A stretch of 64,000 bases of DNA from Klebsormidium nitens. Taxonomy: Eukaryota; Plantae; Klebsormidiophyceae. The stretch spans positions 96,850-160,849 of the forward strand of contig DF237122.1 in the NCBI GenBank assembly GCA_000708835.1. The letters are read 5' to 3'. This document shows, one piece after another, positions 43,019 to 54,589 of the stretch. Below the pieces are notes generated by a model, which made no database searches, was not told where the DNA came from, and was given only the letters and a program-made list of their open reading frames with translations. A program made the translations under genes and the position numbers. Positions within the stretch are counted from its first letter, which is position 1. The number at the start of each line of letters is the position of its first letter.

Positions 43019-46000
43019 ATGGCTACAGCCATGAATGAGGATGTGGTGAGAATGGACGAAGACGAGCCGGCTTCTCCTAGGGGGGAGAACCCTTCCTCCG
43101 CTTTTCCTCCCCCCAGCCCGAGTGTCAGCCCCACCCGAAACCGGCTCAACCTCCCCCCGGGAATGTCCAGAGATACTCTCCAGCTAAATGTAGACCGCCA
43201 GGGGCCCCCTTTAGAGCGGCGCGACTCCGCCCCGCTCCAATCGATCACGTCTCTTGTTTTCACCGTGCCAAACGCCAGCAACCCCACCGTCTCCCCTACG
43301 CGCGTCTCCTACAGTGACCGTTTCATCCCCAGCCGCTCGGCATCAGACCTCTCCAAATTCGCGCTGATTGACAAATCCTCCAACGGTGTAACCCTCCTAG
43401 ACAGCAGAGAAGACGGCGCGGCCGCGTACTCGTCTTTACTACGGGCAGAACTCTTGGGTGGGGATAACGCGAGTAGCGGCAGCGGGGCGTCGATCAATGA
43501 GAAAGTGACATCTGTAACAACGGGAGCGGCCCTGCCGAAAGGCTCGCCAATCAGCCCCACTAAAAACCTGTTTCGCTTCAAGTCAGATGCGTCGTCCAAA
43601 AGCGGGGGCAGTCGGCCGGAGTCGCCATACTCGCTTTCTCCAGTGGGGTCCGATAACTCGCTCACCGGAGCATCGACGAGTCCCAGAAGAGTGCCCAGGA
43701 AGATTGCGCGCTCTCCTTTCAAGGTATGTACTGAGTTTTAAGCTGACGTATCCCCCTCAAAGTCCAGAGAGCTTGACAGAGCCGATGAAGTGCTCTGGTT
43801 CCTTACGAATTGGAGGTCAGGCGGGTGCAAGTGTTTGTTTGTAGTTGCGAGAGGGCTCATTGGGAAGCAGTGTGATTGCAAGAAGTCCCGGAAGGGGCAT
43901 TTTGTGATGGGAACTTCTGCTCATAGTACATTGCTGTACCAGTTAGTCATTGCTCACAACCACCACGGGTGTCCTGCTTGTCTGCTTGCACCGGATCCGC
44001 CACTCCTCCGCAAAAGTTTCTGGCAAACGTCTGGCCAGGGTTTTCAGCCGGTTTTGGTGGCCGTTCGAAACTTCGCCAACTTAAGAAGTTCTGATTGGTT
44101 GCATCAGCACTCTCTGCCTGCTTGCCTCAAGCATATTCCAACCTGCAGGTCCTTGACGCCCCCTCTCTGCAAGACGACTTCTACCTCAACCTCGTAGACT
44201 GGTCCTCCCACAACGTTTTGGCAGTGGGGCTCGGAACCTGCGTCTACCTTTGGAGCGCCCACTCCAGTCAGGTGGGCAGAAAACGAGTTTTTGCTCTTTC
44301 AGCCCTTCTCGGCTTTGTGAAAGTGTGAAAGAGTCTCAGTTGGTGGTCTTGCAATCATTCTCTATTCAAGTAATCTCACTTGTTCTTACATTTGAATCTG
44401 ATTGATGCGGCACTACGGATGCGGTCAGTGGTAAGGAATGCTTTGGCAAGTCGCTCGTAGCTCTCTAGTGGCAGGTTGCAGTTGTGACTGGTGTTATGCC
44501 AATTGAGTTTGCTGCTCCGGATTGCAAAGCGGTGCTGTCCCGCTTGAGAAGCGGGGAGAACTCGATCCTAAATATGCCTCAAAACCTAGTTCTGAACCTT
44601 ACTGCTGCGCACTGGGGACGAAGCTCTGCAATGTCCCTTTTACGCATTTTCAGTACGAGGTCCGTTTCAAAACCCGCCTTCATACCCCTTTCCGGCCTTT
44701 TTCCAGGTAACAAAACTGTGCGACCTGGGCCCAAACGACAGCGTCTCCTCCGTGGGGTGGACGCAGCGGGGCACGTATCTAGCGGTGGGGACAAATCTGG
44801 GGGAGGTGCAAATTTGGGATGCCGCGCGGTGTAAAAAGGTTCGGACGATGGGTGGGCATCGCGTGCGGGTGGGCTGCCTCGCGTGGAGCTCGCACATGCT
44901 CTCGAGCGGCAGCCGGGACCGGAACATCCTGCAGCGGGACGTGCGCGCGCCCGACGATTACGTCAGCAAGCTCATCGGGCATAAATCGGAGGTGCGCGCG
45001 TTTGACTTTCGGTCCGAGACTTTCGAGACATTTACTTTGACCATGTGACAGGCGACGAAGCGCATGAAGCATAGTTTGAAATCGGTGGCGTAGGAGTCTG
45101 AATCTAGTCGTAGGACTCGTTTTGGAAAGGAGATGAATATCAGCAGATGTATTGGGCCAGTGTCAGAGGCGGGCTACTTGCTGTCTGCATTTTCCTCCCA
45201 GTCGGTCATATGACAGGGTGTAAGCAAAACACGTGTTGGGCTCAAAGGCGGGGGTGACCACAGCTCGTCCCCCCTGCATTCGCAGCGGTACTGCCAAAGG
45301 ACGTTGGGTCGGCTTTACCTTCTACTTCATCAATCTACTCGCTACTCGTCGTCTTGCACTCTCCGGATCTGCTCAAGAACCTCTTGCTTCGCCAGACGGC
45401 AACTTTTTGCAAGTTTTGAAAGGACCCGTCATCCCTGGTGCTGCAGGTGTGTGGGCTGAAATGGTCGTACGACGACCGAGAGCTCGCATCGGGGGGCAAC
45501 GACAATCAGCTGTGCGTCTGGAACACGTCGTCCACGTCCCCGATCCTGAAATACGGCGACCACAAAGCAGCGGTGAAAGCTATTGCGTGGTCGCCCCACC
45601 AGCACGGGCTGCTCGCCTCGGGGGGGGGCACCGCGGACCGGTGCATACGCTTCTGGAACACCGCAACGAACACGGCGCTCAGCTGTTTGGACACGGGGAG
45701 TCAGGTCAGGGACTTCGACATTGTCTTGTTTTCAGCGGTTCGATTTCCAGAGGCGGCAGATCATGCGCGAGTCTTCGCTGTGTTACCAGCTCAGTTGCTG
45801 AGAAGCAGAGGATCTGCTTCGGATCTCATTTCGAAAGAGGAGATTTTTCTGTTTTGCCCGTAGTGATTGGCCCTTTTTTGCCCAGAAGCAGAATCGCCAG
45901 CTGATTCCTCATGAAAAGATGGTGGTTGAAGGATTCTCGATATTCGAATCATCCATCGCCAGGACACTCGACTGATTCTTCGCCGTTAAGCATTGGCCCG

Positions 46001-47943
46001 GCTTTCGCAGCCAGGTCAAGCTACTCCATCTGTTACCAGCAATTTTACCGTTGCTAAAGTTGCGACCGAGCCGATTTGTTTGAGTGTCTGCTTACTATTG
46101 CCTTTTAAATGGGCCCCTGGAGTGCGGGTTGTCTTAGCTTCCACTTCGTTTGCATAACCTACTACAAATTGCCAAGAACATAGAGGAAGTGAGAACTGAG
46201 GTGCTAGGCAAGCCTTTTGATGCCCGATTACAGCTAGGTTCCAACTCGGTTGAGCTTCATTTCGTCCCGCAACATCCACGTGCGAAGCAACCCTCTCGGT
46301 CCTGCCGGTTTATTCACAGTCTTTTGAGTATCTAGCTTTGCCGAAAGTGCGCAACACTGGATTTGCAAAACGGCTATGCCGGCCCGTTTTCCAAATCCGT
46401 ATAATCCACCCCCGAGCTCTCGCACTCCGCAAAATGATCAATTAGTTTACTACCTAACCCGGCGCCTATACTTAATAGTCCACGTCTTCCAATCCTGCTC
46501 TCCTCTTGTTGCAGGTGCGCCAAGATCAATTCTGTACTTCTTGTCGCCACTCTTCCTATGCTGACTATCAAATTTATCTCTGCAGGCCTTCACTTCTCTT
46601 GGGAGCGTTCCTTCTGTCTCGTTCGTTTTACCAAGGTCTCATCACCTTTTCTTCTTCCCCTGAGCTCTTCCCCTCTTTGCCATCGCAGGTGTGCAACTTT
46701 GGGTGGTCCAAGAACTTGACCGGATTCGTGACGTCCCACGGATTTCCTCCCATCAAGTCTTTCCTTGCTCCGCTAGTCTTCTCAACTTCTTCTACCGTCT
46801 CCACGTCTTCTGACCTCGTTTCATGAATTCACCGCAGGTGTGCAACATTGCGTGGTCCAAGAACGTGAACGAGATCGTGACGTCCCACGGGTACAGCCAG
46901 AACCAGATCGTGGTGTGGCGCTACCCCTCCATGTCTAAGCTGGCCACGCTCACGGGGCACACCATGCGGGTGCTGTACCTAGCAGTCTCGCCAGACGGCC
47001 AGGTAGGTTCGAATCTCTTGCCTTTGGAAGTTTTGGTTTCGTTGCTTTTCAGGGGCCTTTTGAAGCTTCTGGGTCTGCGGATTTGAGATCAAGCATGCCA
47101 TGCGGGTGCTGTACCTCGCGGTCTCGCCAGACGGCCAGGTGAGTTTGCGTTTCGTTATCTGGGTTTCCGGTCTGTAGGTCTTGAGTAATTCTAAAGGTTT
47201 TGGGTCTACGAATTTGGGCACCCAACGGTCCGTTTGGACCTCCAGGGTAAGTGGTTTTGAAGGATTTTTGGTGTTTTTGGGCTTTGTAAATTCGGGCACC
47301 CAAGTATACCGTGGGCATGCTGTACCTCGCCGGTTCGCCAAATGGGCTCGTGCGTATGGGGTTCTAGAGTTTGTAGGTTTTTCAGTCTTCTTTTAACTGT
47401 TTTGAGACTCCGGATTGAGGCACCCAAGTACACTTTGCGGGTGTTGTACCTCTTACCCGTGCCAGACTGCTTGGTGGATCTTGGACGAGTCTGGATAAGA
47501 CCGATTTCGGGACACTTTTTCCTTGAGGTTACAATCCCCAGATACATTGATACAGATGCGGATGCAGATCGTGTCGGCGCCAGACGGGTTGCCGCTGACA
47601 TTCGGGGGTGTTTAAAGAGCATTTTGTCCATTTCGGTTGCACAATCCTTGTTTCTCAGATTAGCGTCAAAGATCACGCAGTTCCTGTTCAGAATGCTTTC
47701 TGCAGCTCTGACAGTAATCTTTTGTAAAGCGAAAGTAGCCATGCGACATGTGCTGCTATTTGGCGCACCTTCTTTCCGTAGACGCCTTCCTTGACTCGAC
47801 TCTCTCGTTCCTCTATGCAGACCATTGTAACGGGGGCCGGCGACGAAACTCTTCGATTTTGGAACGTGTTCCCGCCCCCCAAAACGAACTCGTCAGTACG
47901 GGACTCGTCGGTGTGGGCGATGAGTCGAAGTCACATAAGATGA
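43019..47943 (+). CDS. FZR: APC/C activator FIZZY-RELATED / CDH1 / CCS52 (exons 43019-43723, 44149-44271, 44707-44991, 45447-45704, 46838-47002, 47821-47943)
   Basis: It has the C-box DRFIPSR, the [12 protein letters not shown]-like motif and RKIARSPFK|[16 protein letters not shown]40 repeats include [31 protein letters not shown] and [13 protein letters not shown], and the protein ends in an IR tail (SHIR*). Confidence 0.97.
46684..46890 (+). repeat. Duplicated acceptor plus exon-5 start of FZR (period 149 bp)
   Basis: 46684-46741 matches 46833-46890 at 51 of 58 nt. Confidence 0.9.
46962..47470 (+). repeat. Degenerate tandem array derived from the FZR exon-5 end and donor site
   Basis: 47098-47140 matches 46962-47004 at 41 of 43 nt. 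Further decayed units lie near 47200-47255, 47280-47350 and 47405-47470, sharing linker motifs (ggcacccaa) and tgtacct. Confidence 0.9.
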
Positions 47944-50188
47944 GCTAGTGGGGTTCGTTCTTTGCGTAGGTATAGACGTTTGGTCAGCGGCGCTCGCTGA
48001 CTATGTACGCCTCTAAGCTTAGTCACGTTCCAAGGGCGGATGTCATTTCACCCGGGTACTTGGGATCCTTTCTTGTGCGAAGTAAGCTTTGTGTTGAAGC
48101 TCTCTTCGAGCGCGCTTTTAGCAATAGGCAACAAGGGGCACTTTCGCCCGCACCGGTTTTGGTAGTTGAAGATGTCAAGCTTCCGTGAGAGAAGGCAATC
48201 TTGGCGTGTGTCCTCGTTTCCGGTTCTTGTCGCCTCAAAAAATATCCTCGTCTCCATGGTCGCATCCATTAGTGGAAGTGTAAATGTGATTGCGATCGTG
48301 CATCTGCTTCTGATCTCCAGCAAGAATGTTGCGCAACTGTATAGGGCTCTATCATTATCCAACTGTAACTTTGCAACCATGTGTGTTATGCAACTTCCTT
48401 TCAATTCCCCTCATTAGAATCCACAGTATTTTCATTGAAGGCATCGACATGATAGCTCCGAACCATTATCAATTCTTGCCCGGGCACTGCGCTGCCGCCG
48501 CCCTTGCATCCATGTGGCCATTTTCCTTAAGACCAGGATGGTTGAATAGGATCAACATGTTGCAAATTTGAGCGTTCGGTTATCAAAGTTTTAGTAACCG
48601 CGGGCCATGTCCCATTTTGATAGCTACTTGCAATTAAGAGCGGTCTGAATTCACATGTCATCGTACTGCATGGCGATTTCAAGTTAAGGCCTGCCCTGCT
48701 TTAGCGGCCAGTGAGCCCAAGGTCCTGAGACCTCTTCAAAAACGAAGATAATTGTAACAAACTTCGAAGTGGATCTTGGATACCTCGCTCAATTGGTCAA
48801 TACCCTTCGGTGAAATGAAAGCCTAACGCGAAGTGGCAATCTCCTTAAGATTACCGTAGCAGGCATCATTGTGCAGACTGCAGGGCAGTGCAGGCCATGG
48901 ACCGCTTCTCACTTCATTTGGTAGGCAATGGGCATGCCGCATGAGTTGCATGAGTTGCATGACATGCAATGATTGCGATCGCGATGTCGATCGATCAGTG
49001 CGGGTCCAACCGGCCGAAGTAGCTGGGCGGTGTCGCCCCATCGTACTGTCCGGTTTAGGAGTTTTACTCACGTGTAAGATCAAAGATCTACCAAGATATC
49101 AAAAATATCCCCAAAAGCAACAGGGCCCTGCGACTCGCGAGATCTCAGATACTGGGTAGCAAACATGGAACGGGCGGCTGAGCGCGGCTCAAATCGACCT
49201 GGTACTGAGGTACCTACTGAGCTGTGCAAGTAGGGTTATCTGTGTACTTTCGAGCTGACGGCCTGGAAGCTTCGGTACTCGATGGAAAGTGCACCGTCAG
49301 ATCCACACAATGGTCATCTGCACCGTCAGATTGTTAAAGGGCCAGGGCACACGAGGAGTAAATGACGATGTTCCGCTTGCCACGTGTGGTTCGTTCGCGT
49401 AGCAGCGAAGATCTGCTTCCGTCACGAGCGGCGTCAGTGCAGCGACGTGTCCAGAACTTTTCCGCCCTTCGAGAAGAAACAACTGTACCCACTCTTCTGA
49501 CCTGTTCTCACTTTCGGCGACCTGCTTCCTTAATCTGAAACTTTGGCTGTGGTATAAGGCAAACGTTACGTGCAATTCTTGTAGATGTGAAAACCTTCTT
49601 ATATTCTCCTGTTTCCTGCCAACAGACTGCAGGGCACTCGCCGCCTGACTCGTCCCCCTCCCGATTGCGCAGAAAAATCTGGAGGCTTGCCAGCCTGCTG
49701 ATGCCGTGTCAGAGGAAAAGCTTCCATGTTCGCCAACGCCAGGAACATTCAAGAGCGAGCTGGCAAGAGGGGAACTGCCTTGGTGAACGCCATTGGGAAG
49801 GAAAGGAACGTGCTTTTGATCTCAGGGCGAAACATTCTCAGCGACCGCAAAGGAGCAGCAGGCCGGCAGTCCAAGAGTAAAAGCTGATTATACTTCGTGC
49901 TGTGTGCGAACCCTAGTTTGCTTTCCGTAGACTTGGGGATGCTGCTAAGGGGCTGTGGGAAGGAAGTGATGTGGATCTAAATCCTAATCGGGATCTTGTT
50001 CTCTGTAACGATGTGTCTGTAAGCGGAGGCAAAGTGCGCTTCATCGGGAGCTATGGCCCAAGGAATTGCTTGGTCAGTAGCTTAGGCAAACCAGATGGTC
50101 CGGTAAACTCCAAAAAGGTTATCACTGAGGGCCGCAATGGCCTTGTCTGTGATCTAGAGCTTCCTAGTGGGAAAAGACGGTTTGTAGA

Positions 50189-53100
50189 ATGAGCTGCAGG
50201 GGACCCTCGGAGACGGGGCTCCCTCCCCATAAGCCCAAGTGCCTCTATGAGGTCTTGGGGCTGTCCAAAAATGCGTCGGTGCACGATATTAGGGTTGCCT
50301 ACAAGACCCTTGCAAAGGTAAGCCGGTCACTTCAACTTTAGACTCGGTCAATAAGAATCATGTTGATTGCTTTGTGACTAACTCACCAGGACAGTACCGT
50401 TTTCATTCTATGATGATCATGGCCGTTTGTCATATTGTTGTTTCCAGCATGATGACACCGCTTGGTCTGTTGTTACTGTCTGCAGAAGTGGCATCCTGAT
50501 CGGTGTCAGGCGAAGGAGAGGGTGGAGCTGGCCAAGCAGAAATTTCAGAGAATTAGCGAGGCATATGCAGGTATAGCCCTTCCTGTGGCACCTACCGTCT
50601 TGGCAATGCCAAGATTGGTATCGATGTTCAGCTACGTGCCAGCATTGCTGAGTATTTGGCCGCAGTCAAGTCACTGATGATGGCAACACTGAAGTTTGCA
50701 TTATGTAACATGCCGCATTTGTTGTGTTGGCCGCAGCTGAAGTCGCATGAGTTGGCCTGGTACATGACTTTTTTTGGTTAGGCCACAGCCTTGTTGCTTA
50801 GTTGAGAGAGAGGATTTAGGATGACAGATAAGACAATTGGGATGACAGATAAGCAATGTCGGAGACCTGCCAACTGGCCCCGGTCCGTTTATGACCTTAA
50901 GCGGGCTTCAATCTTAATCCGGAAAGCCATGCTGATGAAACATGTGTTTGTGCAGTCTTGGTGGATCCCAAGAAAAGAGAGAAGTATGACAGGGGGGAGC
51001 TGGACCACAACAAGGAACCCATCGTGAGTCATTCCCTTTGAATCGTTGTTTCTACTTGCGAGTAGGGGCTAAAGATGCTCTAGGATGATGTTTTGATCGA
51101 GGCTGCTTTGGCTTGTGCTTGTGCTCGTATGCCTGCATTCTAGAAGAGAGCTCTGGTCAAAATGCGCGTGGCTCCAGATCGTATAAGTTGGATTGATGTG
51201 GATGCTTGTGGACACAACTGTGCAGACGGGCGCACATTGTCCAAATTAGCTGATTGTAGGCTCTGTCACGCTTGATCAATCTCATGCTGACCTGTCCTTG
51301 GTCTTACCATATTTCTTTCAATTGTGCCCCCTCTTCTTTTTGTGGAAGAGTGCCTAACCCACCTTCTGGCTAAGGCTTCTCTTGTGCTTAACGACTCACT
51401 TAAAGAAGGCTGAAAAGACGGGCAGATAAGGATTATCCCATCTATCTGACAAAGCGGTTTCCTAGCCCTTTTAGCCCGCTCTCTGCCCCTGCTGTAACAG
51501 AAAACCTCCTAAGATTTCAAAGTGATAGCCCCTGCCTATTTCTTCAAGGCTTTCGGCAGCAACTCCGTGCCCTCCCCCCGGCAAGGTTTACCAAACCCCC
51601 TGCAAAGCTTTTTCAGTTAGACCCCATGTGCCAGGTCTCTTTACCCCAATTGAATCAAACCTCCTTCGAAGCTTCTTATTGAGGCCCCCCTTTCCTGTGC
51701 CAGGCCGTTTAACCCCTGGATGAAACAAACCCCCCTGCAACGCTTCTCAAGCTAGACCCCCCACTCTGTGCCAGGGCTTTCAAACTCTAAAGAAACCAAC
51801 CTCCTCTGAAGCTTGGTAACCAGTCCCCCCTTGTCTGTGTCTGTGCCAGGACGTTGAGGAGTTCCTGAACGAGCTGCGCACCCTCATGCTGATGCACGGC
51901 AAGACGTTCCCCGAGGGCATTAAAGCGTCGACGATCCACAACATCCCGGGCACAAACGTCCCCGACTTCAACGAGATTCGGACGAAGCTGATGGCAGACC
52001 CTGTGCTTCAGGCACAGCACAGAAGGGAGTTGGAGCTAGAGGCACAGCAGGGGTTGCAGGGAAATGGATGTGGATTCATGCCGGTGGCGAATGCGGGGGG
52101 GGCGATGCAGAGTTTGGGGGGGCAGGAAGATGTGGAAATGGAGGCGGTTCCAGCTGGGGGGGGGGCAGTGGATCATTGGGACGCGTTCATGGAGGACTCT
52201 GTGGAAGTGGTGAGGATGTTTTCTTTTCTATCCTTGCGGTTACTTTGGTCTTGAAGGATATATTTCAGATTGGCCTTAATTGGTGAAGGAGCTAGGTTAA
52301 GGGGCTAAGCGAAAGCAATGGAATTGTCAGCAGATTGGTTGTTTCTTACTCGCAGTTGATGTTTCTAACAACTCCCCCTAAGAAGGTTCTGCATGCACAT
52401 TTGGGATCTTTGATAGCTGCTTACATTGTCGGAAGGCCTTCCCATGTGTATTCTGCTTCTGAGCACTTTGCTATCAGGTTTTTTGCTTGATCGATCCATG
52501 CCCCTGCGTTCGCCCTGGTAGCATGCTTGAATTCTAGGTAACGTCCAGTTCTAATCCTTTTTGACAGTAAGTGCAGTTTTGTGGGCACAACTTGATTCCC
52601 TCAACAGCGCTCTGCACTTATAAAGAGTACCTTCTCCTCAATATCCTTACATATTGTCCCTTTTCTTGTTTACAAATCCTACATTCTGCTCTGAGGTGCC
52701 AAGATTTACCCGCTCAATTAAGCTCCTCAGTTTCTGGGCGATGTCAAAGTTGAAAGCACCTTTTACCATTCCTGGTTGGCAGTGACCATAACGAATTACC
52801 GATTCTAAACTGGATTGTTCTGATTTTCTTGCAGCTCGGCAAAAACTGGTTCCGTTGCACTCTGTGCACTGGGCCTCGCGTCCCGGTGGTCGTGTACCCG
52901 TGCCGGAAGATGATGCGCACGCACTTTGAGCAGGAGCACCTCTGCGACTTCCTCTCCTTTGTAGCGGTAAGGCGCCACAAAGGACCCCTTGCTTCAGTGC
53001 TTGGACGTTAAGGAGAAGTCGAGAAGTGTAAGAAGGGTTCGATTGCTTGATGTTCCTGCATGTTTTGTCCGACTTGCAAGGATGTAGGGTCGTAGAGTAT

Positions 53101-54589
53101 TTGTCTGATTGAAAATGTGAGCTTGGAGTTAGCAGACCTCGCCTTCGTTCATGTTCTTCGATATCGTCTTCTGTTGTCATTCCCATTGTTTACTGATTGT
53201 TTATCTACTGAATGTTCTGGTATTTTGTCCTCACCTAACCATCACATCGATTCGTTAATGTTTTTGCACTTGGGCTGCCCCGTTTCGTTCGTAGTTGGCT
53301 TCTGCATAAACGGGCATTTTCTGTAAGATTGTCCTTCTAAGTGGCGATTGCCGTTCTACCCCTCTCTTTCAAGCCTGGCAGTACGCGACTTTGTTTCGTT
53401 TTCTGTCTTGCATCTAGCCCTTCATAAGGTGGAAGTTGCATTCTCAGTCTCGAGAGATCGAAGCGATTTTAAGCTTGCCCCGTTCGTTCCGCAGGAGGTA
53501 TTCCCCGAGGAGGGCGGTACCGACCCGTGCGAGGAGTTCAAGAAGATGCTGGACGGCATGAACGTGAGCGAGAACGACTGGAAGGTGTGCCAAATGATCG
53601 ACCAGAGCGCCCGGCAAGCGCCGCCGCCCCACCGCCCCAACGGTTACACCCACGGCACGCACGGCCCGGGGCGGATGCAGGCTTCTCCCCAAGTTCCGTA
53701 CAGCCTCTCATTTACGGACCTAGCGGTGAGTCTTGCTGTTTTGTCTTCTTTTCAGTGCTTCGTGTGGAATGCGATTTTATCTGATTTGTGTGGTTTGCGA
53801 TTAGTTTGACGGTGTGCCAAGCTCATTGTGGTTTCGGTGTTCGGGTCTTTCCCCTTCTTTTGGCTGTCCGTCCCTTTTGCTGAGGTGCTTTGAGAGTTTT
53901 GCCCAGTTCTGTTCAGTGTTCTTTCTTTGCGCTCGACTTCCGTTGGTCGACTCATCGACAGGCCTCGAACACGGTAAGCGTCTAGCCTGTCGTCGAAAAA
54001 TTTGTTAGAAGAAAAGGTCGGAACACGTTTTGCCGTGTTCGAGAAGCGTTCGGCGGGTCGTTCATCTGCTCCAGTCTGCCTGCAGGATCCTCCTCTCTTC
54101 CGCAGCGCCGGAAAGCGCAAGGCCCTTGTGCCGCGGTGCGTTTCTCACGCGAAACGCCCCCTTTCCCGAACCGTGTCCCCCCCTCTTCGACAGGGCATCG
54201 ACGCGTCGCCGCCGGTCCCGCTCATGCAGCGCACGTTCACCATGCAACGCTCCATGCCCAACCCCCCCACCGAGTCGCTCTGCCCCGACTGGATGGGCCA
54301 GGTACTCCAGCAGGCGGGGGGGTTGGGCCAATGGGACTCCGCCACGTCATCGTCGTCGTCCCCGTCGTCGTCCTTCTACCCGAGCCCGGGCGCGCAGGAC
54401 GTGGGTTTCGGGGGGGGCTTCGCAGGTTTTACGATGGGGGGTGAGTTCGGAGGGTTTCCGAACGGGGGGGCTGCAGCGAGCGGGGGGAATGCTGGCGGGC
54501 GACCTCCTTTGAGCGGGGGGGCCGCGGTAAAGGGGGGAAAGTCGTCGGGGTCGTCGTGTATACTAAGCCGCAAGTGGGGCAAGCGGTAA
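50189..54589 (+). CDS. Class C J-domain (DnaJ) protein with a C2H2-like zinc finger and G/F-rich C-terminus (exons 50189-50317, 50486-50570, 50956-51023, 51850-52209, 52835-52966, 53495-53725, 54194-54589)
   Basis: The J-domain reads LYEVLGLSKNASVHDIRVAYKTLAK|KWHPDR...KFQRISEAYAVLVDPKKREKYD, with HPD intact. It is followed by DVEEFLNELRTLM and CTLC-x18-H-x4-H. All junctions join in frame. Confidence 0.85.
51576..51850 (+). repeat. About 70-75 bp tandem units each ending in the acceptor motif TGTGCCAGG (J-protein intron 3)
   Basis: tgtgccagg occurs at 51627, 51696, 51767 and 51842. The units share aaac(c)-C-rich-aagctt/acgctt cores. Confidence 0.88.

Noticed and set aside
47003-47015. GGTTCGAATC, resembling a tRNA T-loop / B-box
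   Set aside because: It overlaps the FZR donor site, and no cloverleaf or A-box can be folded around it.
49297-49752. 151-aa minus-strand ORF between FZR and the J-protein gene
   Set aside because: It has a non-ATG start, no recognisable motif or codon bias, and overlaps the probable promoter/5' UTR of the J-protein gene.
51576-51850. Regularly spaced short repeat read as a CRISPR-like array
   Set aside because: The context is a eukaryotic intron, the 'spacers' resemble each other, and the conserved word is only 9 nt and equals the splice acceptor.
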